Counted from the first letter of the stretch, positions 40,174 to 51,790 are shown. The stretch is DNA of 64,000 nt from Syntrophorhabdaceae bacterium (GCA_963665295.1 OY762209.1:5312001-5376000), one strand, 5' to 3'. A program made the numbers and translations. The notes: a model not told the origin generated them from the letters alone.

Positions 40174-43100
40174 TTGTCGCCTGTAAGGAGGAGTGGCTTG
40201 AGTGATCCATCGAAGACAGGGAAGGAACCGATTGACGGGACATCCGTTTCGAGCAAGGGGATAGACAAAGAGAAAGGACCGGAAACCCGGCCCGGGCAGG
40301 CGGAGGTGACGCTTAGGGAGGACAAGGCCTTCCTGAACACGCTCCTCGATGCAATCCCTATTCCCGTATTCTACAAGGACAGGGATGGACGATATCGGGG
40401 ATTCAACAGGTCTTTCGAGACATTTTTCGGTACAACACGGGAACAACTGATCGGCAAGACCGTCTTCGAGGTCGGGCCCCCGGAGTTTGCGGCGTCCTAT
40501 GATGCCAAGGACACGGAACTCTTTGAAAACGGCGGGGTCCAACAATACGAGTCTCAGGTAAAGGACCACCGGGGCCTCACCCGTGACGTCATCTTCGACA
40601 AGGCGATTTTCACTGACAGCGAGGGGACCGTCAGCGGGCTGATCGGGACAATCCTTGATATTACGGAACGTAAACAGGCAGAGGAAGCTTTGAAGGACAG
40701 AGAAAAGGCGCTCCAGGCGCTTTTCGACGCCGTCCACGAAAGCATGGTGCTGATTGACCCGGAAGGCACGGTAATCCTGTCCAACGAAGTGGGCGCTCAA
40801 AGGTTGGGTACCACCGTTTCGGAGCTCCTGGGAGCCTGCCTCTATGACCATTTCCCTCCCGGCACCTCGGAATACAGAAAAGAGCGATACGAGAAAGTCG
40901 TGGCCACAGGAGAGCCCGTCTACTTTCAGGACTCCAGGCTGGGAAGGTTCTTCGAGCATTACTGTTACCCCGTGTTCGATGGGAAGAAGGTTGTATCGGG
41001 GGTAACCATCTTCGCCCACGAAATCACCGAACAGAAAAAAGCGGAAATTGACCTGCGGCACAACGCAACCCGGATGAAACACCTGCTGGAGATGACCAGG
41101 CTGCGCGGACGTTCACTCAGAGAGATCACCACATATGCCCTGGAGGCCTGCGTCACCCTGACGGAGAGCGAGTCCGGCTTCTTTCACTTCTATAATGAGG
41201 ATAGCGGCGAGATTACCCTTAACACGTGGTCAAGGAACGTCGAGTCCGGGTGTTCCGTAAACCAGGATCAACATTATCCCCTCGATAAGGCGGGAATATG
41301 GGCGGACTGCGTCCGCCTGCGCAAGCCGACCATCTATAACGATTATCCGAACACGCCGGAGAGAAAAGGTTATCCGTCCGGACATTTTCCGGTAAGAAGC
41401 TTCCTGTCCGTACCGGTCATGGAACAGGACAAAGTGGTCATGATCTGTGGGGTGGGAAATAAGGCGACCCCTTACACCCAGGCGGATATCGATGAAATTA
41501 CCTTGTTTATGTCCGGCGCGTGGACAACCATAAAGGAGATGAGGTCGGAAGAGGCACGGCGTGAAAGCGAGGAGAGGTATCGTAATTTCTTTATGACCTC
41601 CCGGGATGCTGTTTTCGTCACCTCTCCTTCCGGCGAATGGATCGATTTCAATGATGCCTCCCTGGAACTGTTCGGATATGAAAGCAGGGGGGAACTGTCA
41701 CACATGCCGGTTTCCCGGTTGTTCGAGCGGAAAGAGGACAGGTTACAGGTGCTTCGCCTCATCTCGGAGAAGGGATACGTACACGAATGTCCGGTTCGTC
41801 TGAAGACGAAGGACGGCGCGGTTATGGACGCGCTCATCACTGCGGTGCCCCTTCGGCGCGACGACGGTTCAATCAAGACCTTTGTCGGCACCATCCGGGA
41901 TATCACCGCCCGAAAAAAGATGGAGGAAAGTCTGAAGTCGAGCGAAGCGGAACTGAAGCTCACCATCGACGCTACCACGGACGGCATCTGGACATGGAAC
42001 CCGAAGACCCACCAACTTTGGTTCACGCCCAAATCTTACACCATGCTGGGATACGCACCCGGTGAGTTCGCGGCGACCTTCGGCAGCCTTGTGAAGATGA
42101 TGCACCCCGACGACATAAAGGATGCCTCGGAGGTGGTGAAGACCTTCCTCAAGACCAAGCCCGATGTCTATGAAAACGAGTTCCGCCTCCGTGCAAAAAA
42201 CGGGGACTACAGGTGGATTCTCGCAAAAGGGCATGTGGTGGAAAGAAATGAACAGGGTGAAGCCACGCGGATCATAGGAAGCCATACGGACATAACCGAA
42301 AGAAGGCAGGCGGAAGAGTCTCTCAGGGAGAGCGAGGCAAAGTACCGTTCTATCTTCGAAAATTCCCTTGAAGGCATATACCGGACCACCAGGTCGGGGA
42401 CCATTCTCATGGCAAACGCGGCGTTCTGCCATCAACTCGGCTACAGCTCTCTTGAAGAACTTGCGGCAATGGTCACGGATGTGGCCACCCAACTCTACGT
42501 GAACCCCGATGACCGTGACCGCCTCCTCGGCATGCTTGATGCGCAGACGGCCGTCAAAGGGTTTGAGACAAGGTTTTCCAAAAAAGATGGAACTATGATC
42601 TGGGTTCACATCAACATCATGGCGGTTCGGGACGAATCGGGGGATGTGCTTTATTACGAAGGCATAAATGAAGACGTTACCGACCATAAGGAAGCCCAGG
42701 AAAAGGCTGAAAAGAGTGCGGCGCAACTGCAGAAAGCCATGATGGAGACCATCCATGCCATAGTCTCCATGAGCGAGTTCAGGGACCCTTATACCGCGGG
42801 TCATCAGAACAGGGTTGCCGATATTGCCGCGGCCATAGCCACGGAGTTGGGCCTTTCGCAGGAACAGGTCAACGGGATCGGGATCGCGGGGCTTATCCAT
42901 GATGTCGGCAAGATATGCGTGCCCGCCGAGATACTCAGCAAACCCGGGATACTATCGCGCCTCGAAAAAAGCCTCATAGAATCCCACGTCATGGCCGGTT
43001 ATCAGATCATAAAGGACATCGAATTTCCGTGGCCCATACGCAAGGCGGTGCTTCAGCACCACGAGAGGCTTGACGGTTCCGGATACCCTTCCGGCATATC

Positions 43101-43326
43101 GGGTGAAGACATTGTCGTAGAGGCAAGAATCATCGCCGTCGCCGATGTGGTGGAGGCCATGTCTTCCCACCGCCCTTACCGGCCCTCCCGTGGAATCGAC
43201 CTGGCCCTGGAGGAGATTGAAAAAAATAAGGGTATACTCTATGACGAACGGGCGGTCGACGCGTGTGTCAAGCTGTTCCGCGAGCAGGGGTTCGTGTTTG
43301 AGGGGAATGAGCCCCGGCATACATGA
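40174..43326 (+). CDS. Multi-PAS/GAF HD-GYP phosphodiesterase
   Basis: Several PAS/PAC units (DITERK), GAF, HDVGK, HHERLDGSGYP, HRPYR. Start uncertain. Confidence 0.9.
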   Translation: MSPVRRSGLSDPSKTGKEPIDGTSVSSKGIDKEKGPETRPGQAEVTLREDKAFLNTLLDAIPIPVFYKDRDGRYRGFNRSFETFFGTTREQLIGKTVFEVGPPEFAASYDAKDTELFENGGVQQYESQVKDHRGLTRDVIFDKAIFTDSEGTVSGLIGTILDITERKQAEEALKDREKALQALFDAVHESMVLIDPEGTVILSNEVGAQRLGTTVSELLGACLYDHFPPGTSEYRKERYEKVVATGEPVYFQDSRLGRFFEHYCYPVFDGKKVVSGVTIFAHEITEQKKAEIDLRHNATRMKHLLEMTRLRGRSLREITTYALEACVTLTESESGFFHFYNEDSGEITLNTWSRNVESGCSVNQDQHYPLDKAGIWADCVRLRKPTIYNDYPNTPERKGYPSGHFPVRSFLSVPVMEQDKVVMICGVGNKATPYTQADIDEITLFMSGAWTTIKEMRSEEARRESEERYRNFFMTSRDAVFVTSPSGEWIDFNDASLELFGYESRGELSHMPVSRLFERKEDRLQVLRLISEKGYVHECPVRLKTKDGAVMDALITAVPLRRDDGSIKTFVGTIRDITARKKMEESLKSSEAELKLTIDATTDGIWTWNPKTHQLWFTPKSYTMLGYAPGEFAATFGSLVKMMHPDDIKDASEVVKTFLKTKPDVYENEFRLRAKNGDYRWILAKGHVVERNEQGEATRIIGSHTDITERRQAEESLRESEAKYRSIFENSLEGIYRTTRSGTILMANAAFCHQLGYSSLEELAAMVTDVATQLYVNPDDRDRLLGMLDAQTAVKGFETRFSKKDGTMIWVHINIMAVRDESGDVLYYEGINEDVTDHKEAQEKAEKSAAQLQKAMMETIHAIVSMSEFRDPYTAGHQNRVADIAAAIATELGLSQEQVNGIGIAGLIHDVGKICVPAEILSKPGILSRLEKSLIESHVMAGYQIIKDIEFPWPIRKAVLQHHERLDGSGYPSGISGEDIVVEARIIAVADVVEAMSSHRPYRPSRGIDLALEEIEKNKGILYDERAVDACVKLFREQGFVFEGNEPRHT

Positions 43327-43507
43327 ACCACGCCATGCGTGGACCGGCGCAGGCGCGGTCCCCCGATTCCAGGCAGCCCGGGGCCGCTCTCGGGAAAATC
43401 ACTGAAAACCGCGACGAGGCCGGATCTAATCTTTGACAGCACCTGGCACGATGGTATAGATTTATTCCAACACCGAGTCAATTAAAGGCACATTTGCGGG
43501 GGATCAT

Positions 43508-44068
43508 ATGGCGGCAGACAGAATAATCGATCTGGATCGTGAGCTGGCAGACCTTTTTACGAAGGAGGAAATGCTCGCTTTTTTCGATTTCCGTCTCGTC
43601 CTGAACGGAGACGAAGCGCTTTCCGGTCTCTGCAAAATCTCGGAGCCCAAAAGGCCGGGAGACAAGTCCACCTATTTCTCCCTTTTCTTTGTGACCGATA
43701 TACCCGACCAGAAGATGTGGACGGAAATAGACGCTCTCATGTCAAAAATACCATGGGACCGGTTCCAGAGGTATCTCCCTCATGTGGAAAGCGTCATGTC
43801 TCTCCCCATCCACAAGCCGATACACGGGGTATATCTCAGGGAGACCTACGTGTATGTGAACGGTCCCCTGCCGCCTCTCGGCGTGTACCTGACGAACCAG
43901 TTATATCCCGCCATCATCAGGGTGACCGGGTTTCAGGCAGGTGAACTCGTCATCTGGAGTGAAATCGCCGATATGATGGCCCCGCTGAAAGCCGCGGCAG
44001 ACGCGGCTGCGTCGAAAGACAAACCGGTGCCCACTTTCCTGGAAAGGTTGGGCAGGCTTCTCAAGTAG
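43508..44068 (+). CDS. Hypothetical protein
   Basis: 186-aa ORF with RBS GGGGGA filling the intergenic space. Confidence 0.65.
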   Translation: MAADRIIDLDRELADLFTKEEMLAFFDFRLVLNGDEALSGLCKISEPKRPGDKSTYFSLFFVTDIPDQKMWTEIDALMSKIPWDRFQRYLPHVESVMSLPIHKPIHGVYLRETYVYVNGPLPPLGVYLTNQLYPAIIRVTGFQAGELVIWSEIADMMAPLKAAADAAASKDKPVPTFLERLGRLLK

Positions 44069-44117
44069 CGAACGTCCGAGGGAGGCTTCCCGACCCCTTT
44101 TGCGGGCAAGCGCCTTT

Positions 44118-45146
44118 CTATCGTTGACTCCCGTCCCGTGCCAGTTCCTGGACCATCCCCGGGAATCCCGGCATGTCGGTGCCTTTTGCGGATTGCCGGA
44201 CCAGCCTGACCGCCACCAGTCCCGATTCGGGTATGATCACAAGGTACTGTCCACCGTGCCCCCTGGCACAAAACCCCCCGGGCACGCCCCGGACAACCCA
44301 CCAGAGAAGACCTGAGTCCGGGTTAAAACCCTGCGCGGGAGAGGTAGAGAGCTTGATCCACTCCTCACTCACTATGCGCCTGCCTTTCCAGACGCCACCC
44401 TGGACCATCAACTGCCCGATCCGCGCGAGGTCCTCGGCGGTTATGTGAAGACCGGCCATTCCCAGGGCGTTCCCCCCTCCATCGACGGTCCATGAATACT
44501 CCCTGATCCCAAGGGGAATGAATATCTCGTCCCTCACAAAATGGTCCAGCCTCTTGCCCGTTACCTTCCTTACCACGCCCGAGAGCAGGTTTACCGCGCT
44601 GTTATTATAGGAGAACTCCGTCCCGGGATCGGAAATGAGGTCCCCGTCCCGCGCTGCCCGGACGAAGTCGGCCTTCGGCCCGATTCCGCTTCCCGGCTTC
44701 GTCATGTCTTTAAGGCCTGAAGTATGGTTAAGGAGGAGGCGAAGCGTGACAAGCCGTTTCTTTCCCCGGCTCCATTCCGGAAAGAAGCGGGACACAGGCT
44801 CATCCACCGACCTGATCCTGCCCGTGTCTATGAGCCGCCCTATGGCGAGGCTTACTACCGATTTGGTGATCGACATGCACTCCATGGGACCGGCGTCCGC
44901 GTCGCGGCGCCATGTGAGGACCGGCTCTCCGTTTCTTACCACCACGAAGGCATCCGACCCGGAAGCCTTGACCCGCTCGAGGAGAGGGCCGAGCGCCGCC
45001 GGGCTGACGCCCGAGGCGCGCCCTTCGGACGGGGAAGGTTCTCCTGCCGCCGTTAGGGGACCTGTCGCCTGTACAAAGGCAATAAGGAATAGCGTGGATA
45101 AAAGGAAGGTTATGCAGACCCCCGGGGCCCTGAGGCGCGGCATCAC
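44118..45146 (-). CDS. Serine hydrolase, beta-lactamase/AmpC-like family
   Basis: SITK (SxxK), LLNHTSG, YNN, GHGGQ. Confidence 0.88.
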   Translation of the reverse strand: MMPRLRAPGVCITFLLSTLFLIAFVQATGPLTAAGEPSPSEGRASGVSPAALGPLLERVKASGSDAFVVVRNGEPVLTWRRDADAGPMECMSITKSVVSLAIGRLIDTGRIRSVDEPVSRFFPEWSRGKKRLVTLRLLLNHTSGLKDMTKPGSGIGPKADFVRAARDGDLISDPGTEFSYNNSAVNLLSGVVRKVTGKRLDHFVRDEIFIPLGIREYSWTVDGGGNALGMAGLHITAEDLARIGQLMVQGGVWKGRRIVSEEWIKLSTSPAQGFNPDSGLLWWVVRGVPGGFCARGHGGQYLVIIPESGLVAVRLVRQSAKGTDMPGFPGMVQELARDGSQR

Positions 45147-45180
45147 CGCGTAAACCCGGGACCCTGGGGGACCGAATGTT

Positions 45181-46104
45181 CTACTTGCTGAACTCTATCT
45201 CTCCGAACTGTACACACTTCTTGAAAGAATGGTAGCGCTCTTTTATCTCATGGTACCCGAGAGCCTTCAGCCTGTTCACGCTGAAATCCTCCACATTGAA
45301 CGACGCCATGAGAGATCCCATGATAATGGCCTGCTTTATGGTTTCCGAGTTTGCTTCTCCCACGTTGGAGAGGTAGCCCATGAAGCCGCCGGCAAAGGTG
45401 TCCCCCGCGCCGGTGGGGTCGAACACATCCTCAAGGGGATAGGCCGGGCAAAGGAATATTTCGTCCCTGTTTACCATGAGAACGCCATATTCACCTCTCT
45501 TTGCCACTATGCATTGGGGACCTTTCTCCATAATCTTTCTGGCCCCTTTCACGAGGTTATGCTCTTTCGATATCTCTCGCAGCTCAGCCTCGTTTATGAC
45601 AAGCATATCGACCTTGCCGATAGCTTCCATAAGGGCGTCAAATTTGTTCTCTATCCAGAAATTCATGGTATCGAGGACCACCGTGGAGCCCTTCCCCACT
45701 TGTCCTATCACGTGGGATTGGAGATCGGGGTCAATGTTGGCGAGAAACACAAACTCCGCGTCCATGAAATTCTCGGGAATCAGGGGCCTGAAGTTCTCTA
45801 TTACATTCAACTCCGTCTTCAGGGTGATTGCCTGGTTGAGGTCAAAGCCGTACCGGCCTTCCCACCTGAAGGTCTTGCCGTTATCGACCTGGATGCCTCC
45901 CATGTCGACGTTCCTCTCCTTCAGGTAACTGATGTCGTCGAGGACAAAATCCTCCCCCACGGATGCGACAATGCCCACGTCGGTAAAGAAGCTCGCCGCC
46001 GAGGTGAAATGGAGGGCGGAACCCCCCAGCACATTATCCACCTTTCCGAAAGGGGTTTCTATAGAATCATATGCAACGGTGCCTACCACAAGGAGCTTGC
46101 TCAT
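45181..46104 (-). CDS. PfkB-family carbohydrate/nucleoside kinase
   Basis: LGGSA, INEAE, DPTGAGDTFAGG. Confidence 0.92.
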   Translation of the reverse strand: MSKLLVVGTVAYDSIETPFGKVDNVLGGSALHFTSAASFFTDVGIVASVGEDFVLDDISYLKERNVDMGGIQVDNGKTFRWEGRYGFDLNQAITLKTELNVIENFRPLIPENFMDAEFVFLANIDPDLQSHVIGQVGKGSTVVLDTMNFWIENKFDALMEAIGKVDMLVINEAELREISKEHNLVKGARKIMEKGPQCIVAKRGEYGVLMVNRDEIFLCPAYPLEDVFDPTGAGDTFAGGFMGYLSNVGEANSETIKQAIIMGSLMASFNVEDFSVNRLKALGYHEIKERYHSFKKCVQFGEIEFSK

Positions 46105-46236
46105 GTGCCCATCTCCCGGGGTGCGAGGCATCTCTTCGGTTCCGACGTCAGTGCGCCTGCCCGATCCCCTAAACCTGTATTCTTAACATCGTAGTCAATT
46201 CCCATTATATCTCCACTCCCGGCCCGCGCCTTTATA

Positions 46237-47400
46237 TCAGACGCCCGCCTTCTTTCTTATTTCTTCAACCATGTCAAGCTTTTCCCAGGTAAAATCCGGG
46301 TCGTTGCGGCCGAAATGGCCACAGCACGCGGTCTTGTTGTATATGGGTCTCAAAAGGTCGAGTTTTTCTATGATCTTTCTCGGCCTCATATCGAACAATT
46401 CGTTCACGATCTCTGCGATTCTGTCGGGGGGTATCTTCGCGGTACCCTGTGTGTCGACCATTACGGATACGGGCTGGGCCACGCCTATGGTGTAGGCGAG
46501 CTGCAATTCCAGCCTGTCCGCAAGACCGGCTGCAACGAGGTTTTTCGCTATGTAGCGGGCCATGTACGACGCGCTCCTGTCTACCTTCGAGGGGTCTTTC
46601 CCCGAAAAGGCGCCGCCGCCGTGGCTTCCTACTCCACCGTAGGTATCGACGATGATTTTGCGGCCCGTCATGCCGCAGTCCCCTTTAGGTCCGCCTACCA
46701 CGAACCGTCCCGTGGAATTGACATATATCTTCGTATTTTCGTCCATCAGTTCTGCAGGAATGACCTTTTTGATTACTTCCTCGACAACGCCCTCTCTCAC
46801 GGTAGCGCTGGTAACATCCGGGTTGTGCTGTGCGGCGATAACCACCGCATCGACCCTGACGGGCTTTCTGTCGATATATTCTATGGTCACCTGGCTCTTT
46901 CCGTCAGGCCTCAGGAACGTGAGGGTATTGTTGTGCCTCACCTCCGCAAGCTTCTGCACGAGTTTGTGGGCATAGGAAATGGTCATGGGCATAAACTCAG
47001 CCGTTTCATTACACGCGAAGCCGAACATGATGCCCTGATCGCCCGCGCCCTGCTCATGCTCGTTCGTCTCATCGACGCCCATGGCGATATCGGGCGACTG
47101 TTCGTCTATGGAGGTAATTACCGCGCAGGTTTCCCAGTCGAATCCCATAGAGGAGTTGTTGTATCCGATACCTTTGATCGTTTCCCTCACCACGTCGGGG
47201 ACGTGGACATAACAATCGGTGGTAATCTCACCACCTACAAGGACAAGTCCTGTGGTGCACAGCGTTTCGCACGCCACTCTGGCCTTCTTGTCCTGGCCGA
47301 TCATCGCATCAAGAATTGCATCTGAAATCTGGTCCGAAACCTTATCGGGATGTCCCTCTGCGACAGATTCGGATGAAAAAAGAAACCTACTCATTCCCAT
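46237..47400 (-). CDS. metK: S-adenosylmethionine synthetase
   Basis: [32 protein letters not shown]. Confidence 0.98.
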   Translation of the reverse strand: MGMSRFLFSSESVAEGHPDKVSDQISDAILDAMIGQDKKARVACETLCTTGLVLVGGEITTDCYVHVPDVVRETIKGIGYNNSSMGFDWETCAVITSIDEQSPDIAMGVDETNEHEQGAGDQGIMFGFACNETAEFMPMTISYAHKLVQKLAEVRHNNTLTFLRPDGKSQVTIEYIDRKPVRVDAVVIAAQHNPDVTSATVREGVVEEVIKKVIPAELMDENTKIYVNSTGRFVVGGPKGDCGMTGRKIIVDTYGGVGSHGGGAFSGKDPSKVDRSASYMARYIAKNLVAAGLADRLELQLAYTIGVAQPVSVMVDTQGTAKIPPDRIAEIVNELFDMRPRKIIEKLDLLRPIYNKTACCGHFGRNDPDFTWEKLDMVEEIRKKAGV

Positions 47401-47529
47401 GTCTATACCTCCTCGTTATTGATATCGTTAAACCTAACCAAAGAATCCCGGCCGGGCGCCGCTCCATGGGGGGAGCGTTGCGGGTAAACGTGCCGGACAC
47501 TCTATATGTTGTCTATTCTCCTTTGGGCC

Positions 47530-49314
47530 TCAATCCCCATAACACCTCAAAAAATCCTCGGGAAAAAGTCTGCCCATCTCTCTGCGGAGCAGAATCTCCC
47601 CCTCCTTGGCCGACTGTCCGTTCATTACCTCTTCGAGAAGGTCTTTACAATAGTCGTGATCCAGTCCCCTTACGACCTTCTTGGCCCTGGGGATCGAATA
47701 AGGGTTCATGCTCAGCTCATCGAGCTCGAGACCCAGCAGGATCGGGACATACAGGGGTTCGCCTGCCATTTCGCCGCACAGGGCGACCTCTATCTCTTCC
47801 GAATGGGCCGCATCCACCGTCCTCTTTATCATTCTGAGCACGGCAGGGTGGAGCGGCTCGTACAAATAGGACACGTATTCATTTACCCTGTCTATGGCCA
47901 GAGTGTACTGTATCAGATCGTTGGTGCCGATACTGAAAAAATCGACTTCCTTGGCGAGGATGTCCGCGATCATGCACGTGGAAGGTACCTCGATCATGAT
48001 GCCGATCTTTATATCCTTGTTAAAATGGATCCTCTTGCGCTTCAGTTCGTCCATGCACTCGTAGATCACGGCCTTTGCGAGCTTTACCTCTTCCACGCCC
48101 GACACCATGGGGATCAGTATCCTCAAGGGGCCGTGGGCGCTCGCCCTGAGAATGCCCATGATCTGCGATTTGAAGAGGGCCATTTCCTTAATACAAAGCC
48201 GGATCGCCCTGAGGCCCATGGCAGGGTTTATCTCCTTCGGGACCTCGATGGTGGAAGCAAACTTGTCGCCCCCGATATCAAGGGTCCTTATGGTGATATA
48301 TTTCAGTACCTTGTTCTCTGCGAGCTTTCGGTAGATGTGGTAGTGATCCATCTCGGAAGGAAGGGTCTTTCTCGAAAGGTATATGTACTCCGTCCTGTAA
48401 AGTCCTATACCGCTGGCCCCGTACCTCTCCACGATGTCCATTTCCGCGAGAAGCTCTATATTGGCCCCGATCTTGACCCTGAAGCCGTCGCGGGTTTCCG
48501 ACCTGAGTTTTGCGATCCTCAGGAAATCACGCTTCTGCCCCTTCAGGTGCAATTGCCTTGCAACATAGTCCTTGTGGACCTGTTTGCTGGGGTTGATTAT
48601 CACTACGCCGTCATCGCCGTCTATGATAATCGTGTCATTGTTCTTCACCAGACTCGTGATATCCCCCAGCCCGACTACGGCGGGTATTTCAAGGGCCCTC
48701 GCCACGATAGACGTGTGTGAGGTCCGCCCGCCCACATCAGTGGCAAACCCCGATATCCTGTTGAGGTTCAGCTGAATCGTGTCCGCCGGTGAGAGATCGT
48801 GGGCTACAATGATCGCCCTTCCCTTGAGATCCCTGGGGCGGACGGTCGGGCTTTTGCCCTTCACGAGTATCCTGATCAGCCTGTCATAAATATGCTTGAT
48901 GTCCAGGCCCCTTTCCCTCAGGTAAAGGTCTTCCATCTTCTCGAAACTGGCGAGGTATTTGGACACTACGATATCAAGGGCCCACTCCGCGTTGATCTTC
49001 CTCTCCCGGATAGTGTCCGTCACGTCGTTCACGAAGAGGTCATCCTGGAGTATGAGCATGTGGGCGTCTATGATAAAGGCGTGCTTCCGCATCTCATCGT
49101 CGGGTATGGTCTTCTTTATGTTATCGAGTTCCTCGATGGCAACCTTTATGGCGTTCTTGAACTTGAGCACTTCCCGCTCGACATGGTCTTCTTTCACGGA
49201 GAGCTTGCTCACCGCAACCTTGCCCCGTTCGAGGAGGTATACAGTGCCGATCGCTATGCCGGACGATACTCCGACCCCCTTAAGAACCTTGTTGACAAAA
49301 ACCTCTTCGCTCAT
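47530..49314 (-). CDS. ptsI: PTS enzyme I (PEP-protein phosphotransferase)
   Basis: GGRTSHTSIVAR, GLYRTEY, DFFSIGTNDLIQY, CGEMAG. Confidence 0.95.
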   Translation of the reverse strand: MSEEVFVNKVLKGVGVSSGIAIGTVYLLERGKVAVSKLSVKEDHVEREVLKFKNAIKVAIEELDNIKKTIPDDEMRKHAFIIDAHMLILQDDLFVNDVTDTIRERKINAEWALDIVVSKYLASFEKMEDLYLRERGLDIKHIYDRLIRILVKGKSPTVRPRDLKGRAIIVAHDLSPADTIQLNLNRISGFATDVGGRTSHTSIVARALEIPAVVGLGDITSLVKNNDTIIIDGDDGVVIINPSKQVHKDYVARQLHLKGQKRDFLRIAKLRSETRDGFRVKIGANIELLAEMDIVERYGASGIGLYRTEYIYLSRKTLPSEMDHYHIYRKLAENKVLKYITIRTLDIGGDKFASTIEVPKEINPAMGLRAIRLCIKEMALFKSQIMGILRASAHGPLRILIPMVSGVEEVKLAKAVIYECMDELKRKRIHFNKDIKIGIMIEVPSTCMIADILAKEVDFFSIGTNDLIQYTLAIDRVNEYVSYLYEPLHPAVLRMIKRTVDAAHSEEIEVALCGEMAGEPLYVPILLGLELDELSMNPYSIPRAKKVVRGLDHDYCKDLLEEVMNGQSAKEGEILLRREMGRLFPEDFLRCYGD

Positions 49315-49577
49315 TCTTCGTAAAATCCTTCGTCAAGCAACGTACCGAGTTCCTTGAACGCCTGTTCCTCGTCGGAACCGTTCGTACTCAGCCTTATTGT
49401 GCTTCCAAGGGGACATGCGAGCATGAGGAGCCCCATAATGCTCTTCCCGTTTACCCTTGCCTCGCCCTTTTCCATCCATATTTCCGCTTCGAATTCAGTC
49501 GCCTTCTTCACGAACAGCGCCGCAGCCCGCGCATGAAGGCCCAGTCTGTTCCTTATGGTGAATGTCCCTTCCCGCAT
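49311..49577 (-). CDS. ptsH: Phosphocarrier protein HPr
   Basis: GLHARAA, NGKSIMGLLML. Confidence 0.95.
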   Translation of the reverse strand: MREGTFTIRNRLGLHARAAALFVKKATEFEAEIWMEKGEARVNGKSIMGLLMLACPLGSTIRLSTNGSDEEQAFKELGTLLDEGFYEE

Positions 49578-49583
49578 AGATTC

Positions 49584-49994
49584 CTAGTCCTTTTTTCTCG
49601 CCTTCAGTACATCCGTCGCCAGGTAGATGTTCTTCTGTCCATACTGAGCGATAAACTGCGCGAGTTCGTTCAACAACTTCCCTTCCCTGTAGGAAACCAG
49701 TTTTATCAGCATGGGCAGGTTGACTCCCGCAACGACCTCTACCTTGCCGTCCTCCAGAAAAGAGAGGCTTATATTCGAGGGGGTGCCTCCGAACATGTCG
49801 GTAAGGATGATGATCCCTTCCCCTGAGTCCACCTTCTTCAGCGCCTGGACGACCTTGTCTTTCACCTTATCCACATCATCGGTGGGAAAAATATCCACAT
49901 ACCCGAACTGCTTCTGTTTCCCTACTATCAGTTCGGTGGCTGCGACCATCTCCCGCGCCAGATTGAAATGGGCCACAACAATCAGTCCTATCAT
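49584..49994 (-). CDS. PTS mannose-type EIIA component
   Basis: IVVAH, LTDMFGGTPSN, GVNLPML. Confidence 0.92.
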   Translation of the reverse strand: MIGLIVVAHFNLAREMVAATELIVGKQKQFGYVDIFPTDDVDKVKDKVVQALKKVDSGEGIIILTDMFGGTPSNISLSFLEDGKVEVVAGVNLPMLIKLVSYREGKLLNELAQFIAQYGQKNIYLATDVLKARKKD

Positions 49995-50004
49995 CTCTTC
50001 CTCC

Positions 50005-50853
50005 TCACCTGTCAATATCCCTGTGAACGGCAGAGACAGTATAATTCAACGCTGAGAGCTGCTTCGCGAGATCGACGGCCATAAATACCGACCTGTGCTT
50101 TCCGCCCGTGCATCCGAGGCCCACGGTCAGGTAGTTCTTGCCTTCCTCCTCGTATAACGGAATAAGGTAAGACAGGAAGTCAAAGAGCATACGGGAATAC
50201 TCCTCGTATACCCTAGTCGATCTTATGAATTGGGCGACCTCGTCGGTAAGTCCTGTTTTTTCTCTCAGTTCGTCGACAAAATAAGGGTTGGGCAGAAACC
50301 TTACGTCGAATACCATGTCCGCTTCAAGGGGCACTCCCTGGGCATAACCGAAGGACATGAGGTTTATTATCATCCCTCTCCGGTCTTCCTGCCTGTATTC
50401 ATTGAAAGCAAGGCGCCTCAGTTCATGGGGTGTCATGTAAGACGTGTCGATCACCCGATCCGCGATGTCCCTGATCCAGCTTACGAGTGCCCTTTCCTCC
50501 TTCAAGGCTTCCTTGACACTCGATATGGCATAAAGAGGATGAGAACGCCTCGTAACCTTGAACCTGTTTATCAAAACATCGTCGGAGCTGTCCAGGAAGA
50601 TGACTTCGGCCTTCCACTTGGCCTTCACCTGTTTCAGGATATCCCTTCCCTCTTCGAAAAATTCCTTTTCCCTGATATCGACGACAAGGGCGCATTTTTC
50701 GATCTTATCACCTGCGGCTTTTGCGAGAATGGAAAACTTCTGAAGCATGATGAGAGGGAAATGGTCGACACAGAAGTACCCCACGTCTTCAAGGGCCCTG
50801 AGGAACGTAGTCTTTCCCGACCCGGAGATGCCGCTAAGAATCACTATTTTCAA
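50005..50853 (-). CDS. rapZ: RNase adapter RapZ-like P-loop protein
   Basis: SGISGSGKT, DVRFLPNP, GCTGGKHRSV. Confidence 0.93.
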   Translation of the reverse strand: MKIVILSGISGSGKTTFLRALEDVGYFCVDHFPLIMLQKFSILAKAAGDKIEKCALVVDIREKEFFEEGRDILKQVKAKWKAEVIFLDSSDDVLINRFKVTRRSHPLYAISSVKEALKEERALVSWIRDIADRVIDTSYMTPHELRRLAFNEYRQEDRRGMIINLMSFGYAQGVPLEADMVFDVRFLPNPYFVDELREKTGLTDEVAQFIRSTRVYEEYSRMLFDFLSYLIPLYEEEGKNYLTVGLGCTGGKHRSVFMAVDLAKQLSALNYTVSAVHRDIDR

Positions 50854-51790
50854 TAATCCGCCCCTTCTCTATGGTCCTTAATATCTTCTCTTCCAACTCG
50901 ACCGCCGTGTTTATGCCCTGGGTCTTGAGGATATGGTTTCTGCACGCAAGCTCTATGATCGCCGAAACGTTCCTCCCGGAGCTAACAGGAATTCTCACAA
51001 GGGGCAGATCGAGCCCGAGAAGCCCGTATTTGTCTTCCCTCAAGCCGACTCTTTCGCAGTCCACGCCCTTGTCCCAGTCGAGGAGTTCTACCACAAAATC
51101 CAGCCTCTTCCTGTCCCGCACCGAGGAAACACCAAAAAGCTGCCTGATATCGACAATTCCGACCCCCCTTATCTCCAGAAGGTTCTTTATCATCTCCGGC
51201 GCTTCTCCGTAAAGGTCGATTATCCCCATCTTCTTCACCTGAACCACATCATCGACCACAAGCCTGTGACCACGCATGACGAGGTCAAGGGCGTTCTCGC
51301 TTTTGCCTATACCGGGTCTGCCGATTATCAGCACGCCCACGCCCAGGATATCCATAAGGACACCGTGGACCGTGGTGTTAGGGGCAAGCTTCTCTTCGAG
51401 AAACCTCGTTATCCTCTCGATAAAAACGGAGGTAATAAGGGGGGTTCTCAGTATGGGAATGTCCTTCTTCTCCGCCTCCCTCAGAAAATAATCAGGTACG
51501 GCAAGGTTGCGCGTTATTATAAAACAGACCACCGGGTTTTTGCAAAGCTCTTTTATTATCCGCTTGCTCTCCTCCTCCGGAAGAGAATGCAGATAGGACA
51601 TCTCCACATTCCCCAGGATCTGTACCCTGTGGGGATGGAGATACACCATGTGGCCCGTTATCACAAGTCCTAGCTTCTGTATCCTCGGGTTGAATATCTT
51701 CCTCGATAACCCTTGAAACCCTGTAGCAGCCTCCAACTCCAGCCCGTATACGGTGTCGTCTTTCAGTTCTTGTACGGTTATTCCCGTCAT
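50834..51790 (-). CDS. hprK: HPr kinase/phosphorylase
   Basis: VHGVL, GRPGIGKSE, GHRLVVDD, LEIRGVGI. Confidence 0.95.
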   Translation of the reverse strand: MTGITVQELKDDTVYGLELEAATGFQGLSRKIFNPRIQKLGLVITGHMVYLHPHRVQILGNVEMSYLHSLPEEESKRIIKELCKNPVVCFIITRNLAVPDYFLREAEKKDIPILRTPLITSVFIERITRFLEEKLAPNTTVHGVLMDILGVGVLIIGRPGIGKSENALDLVMRGHRLVVDDVVQVKKMGIIDLYGEAPEMIKNLLEIRGVGIVDIRQLFGVSSVRDRKRLDFVVELLDWDKGVDCERVGLREDKYGLLGLDLPLVRIPVSSGRNVSAIIELACRNHILKTQGINTAVELEEKILRTIEKGRIIENSDS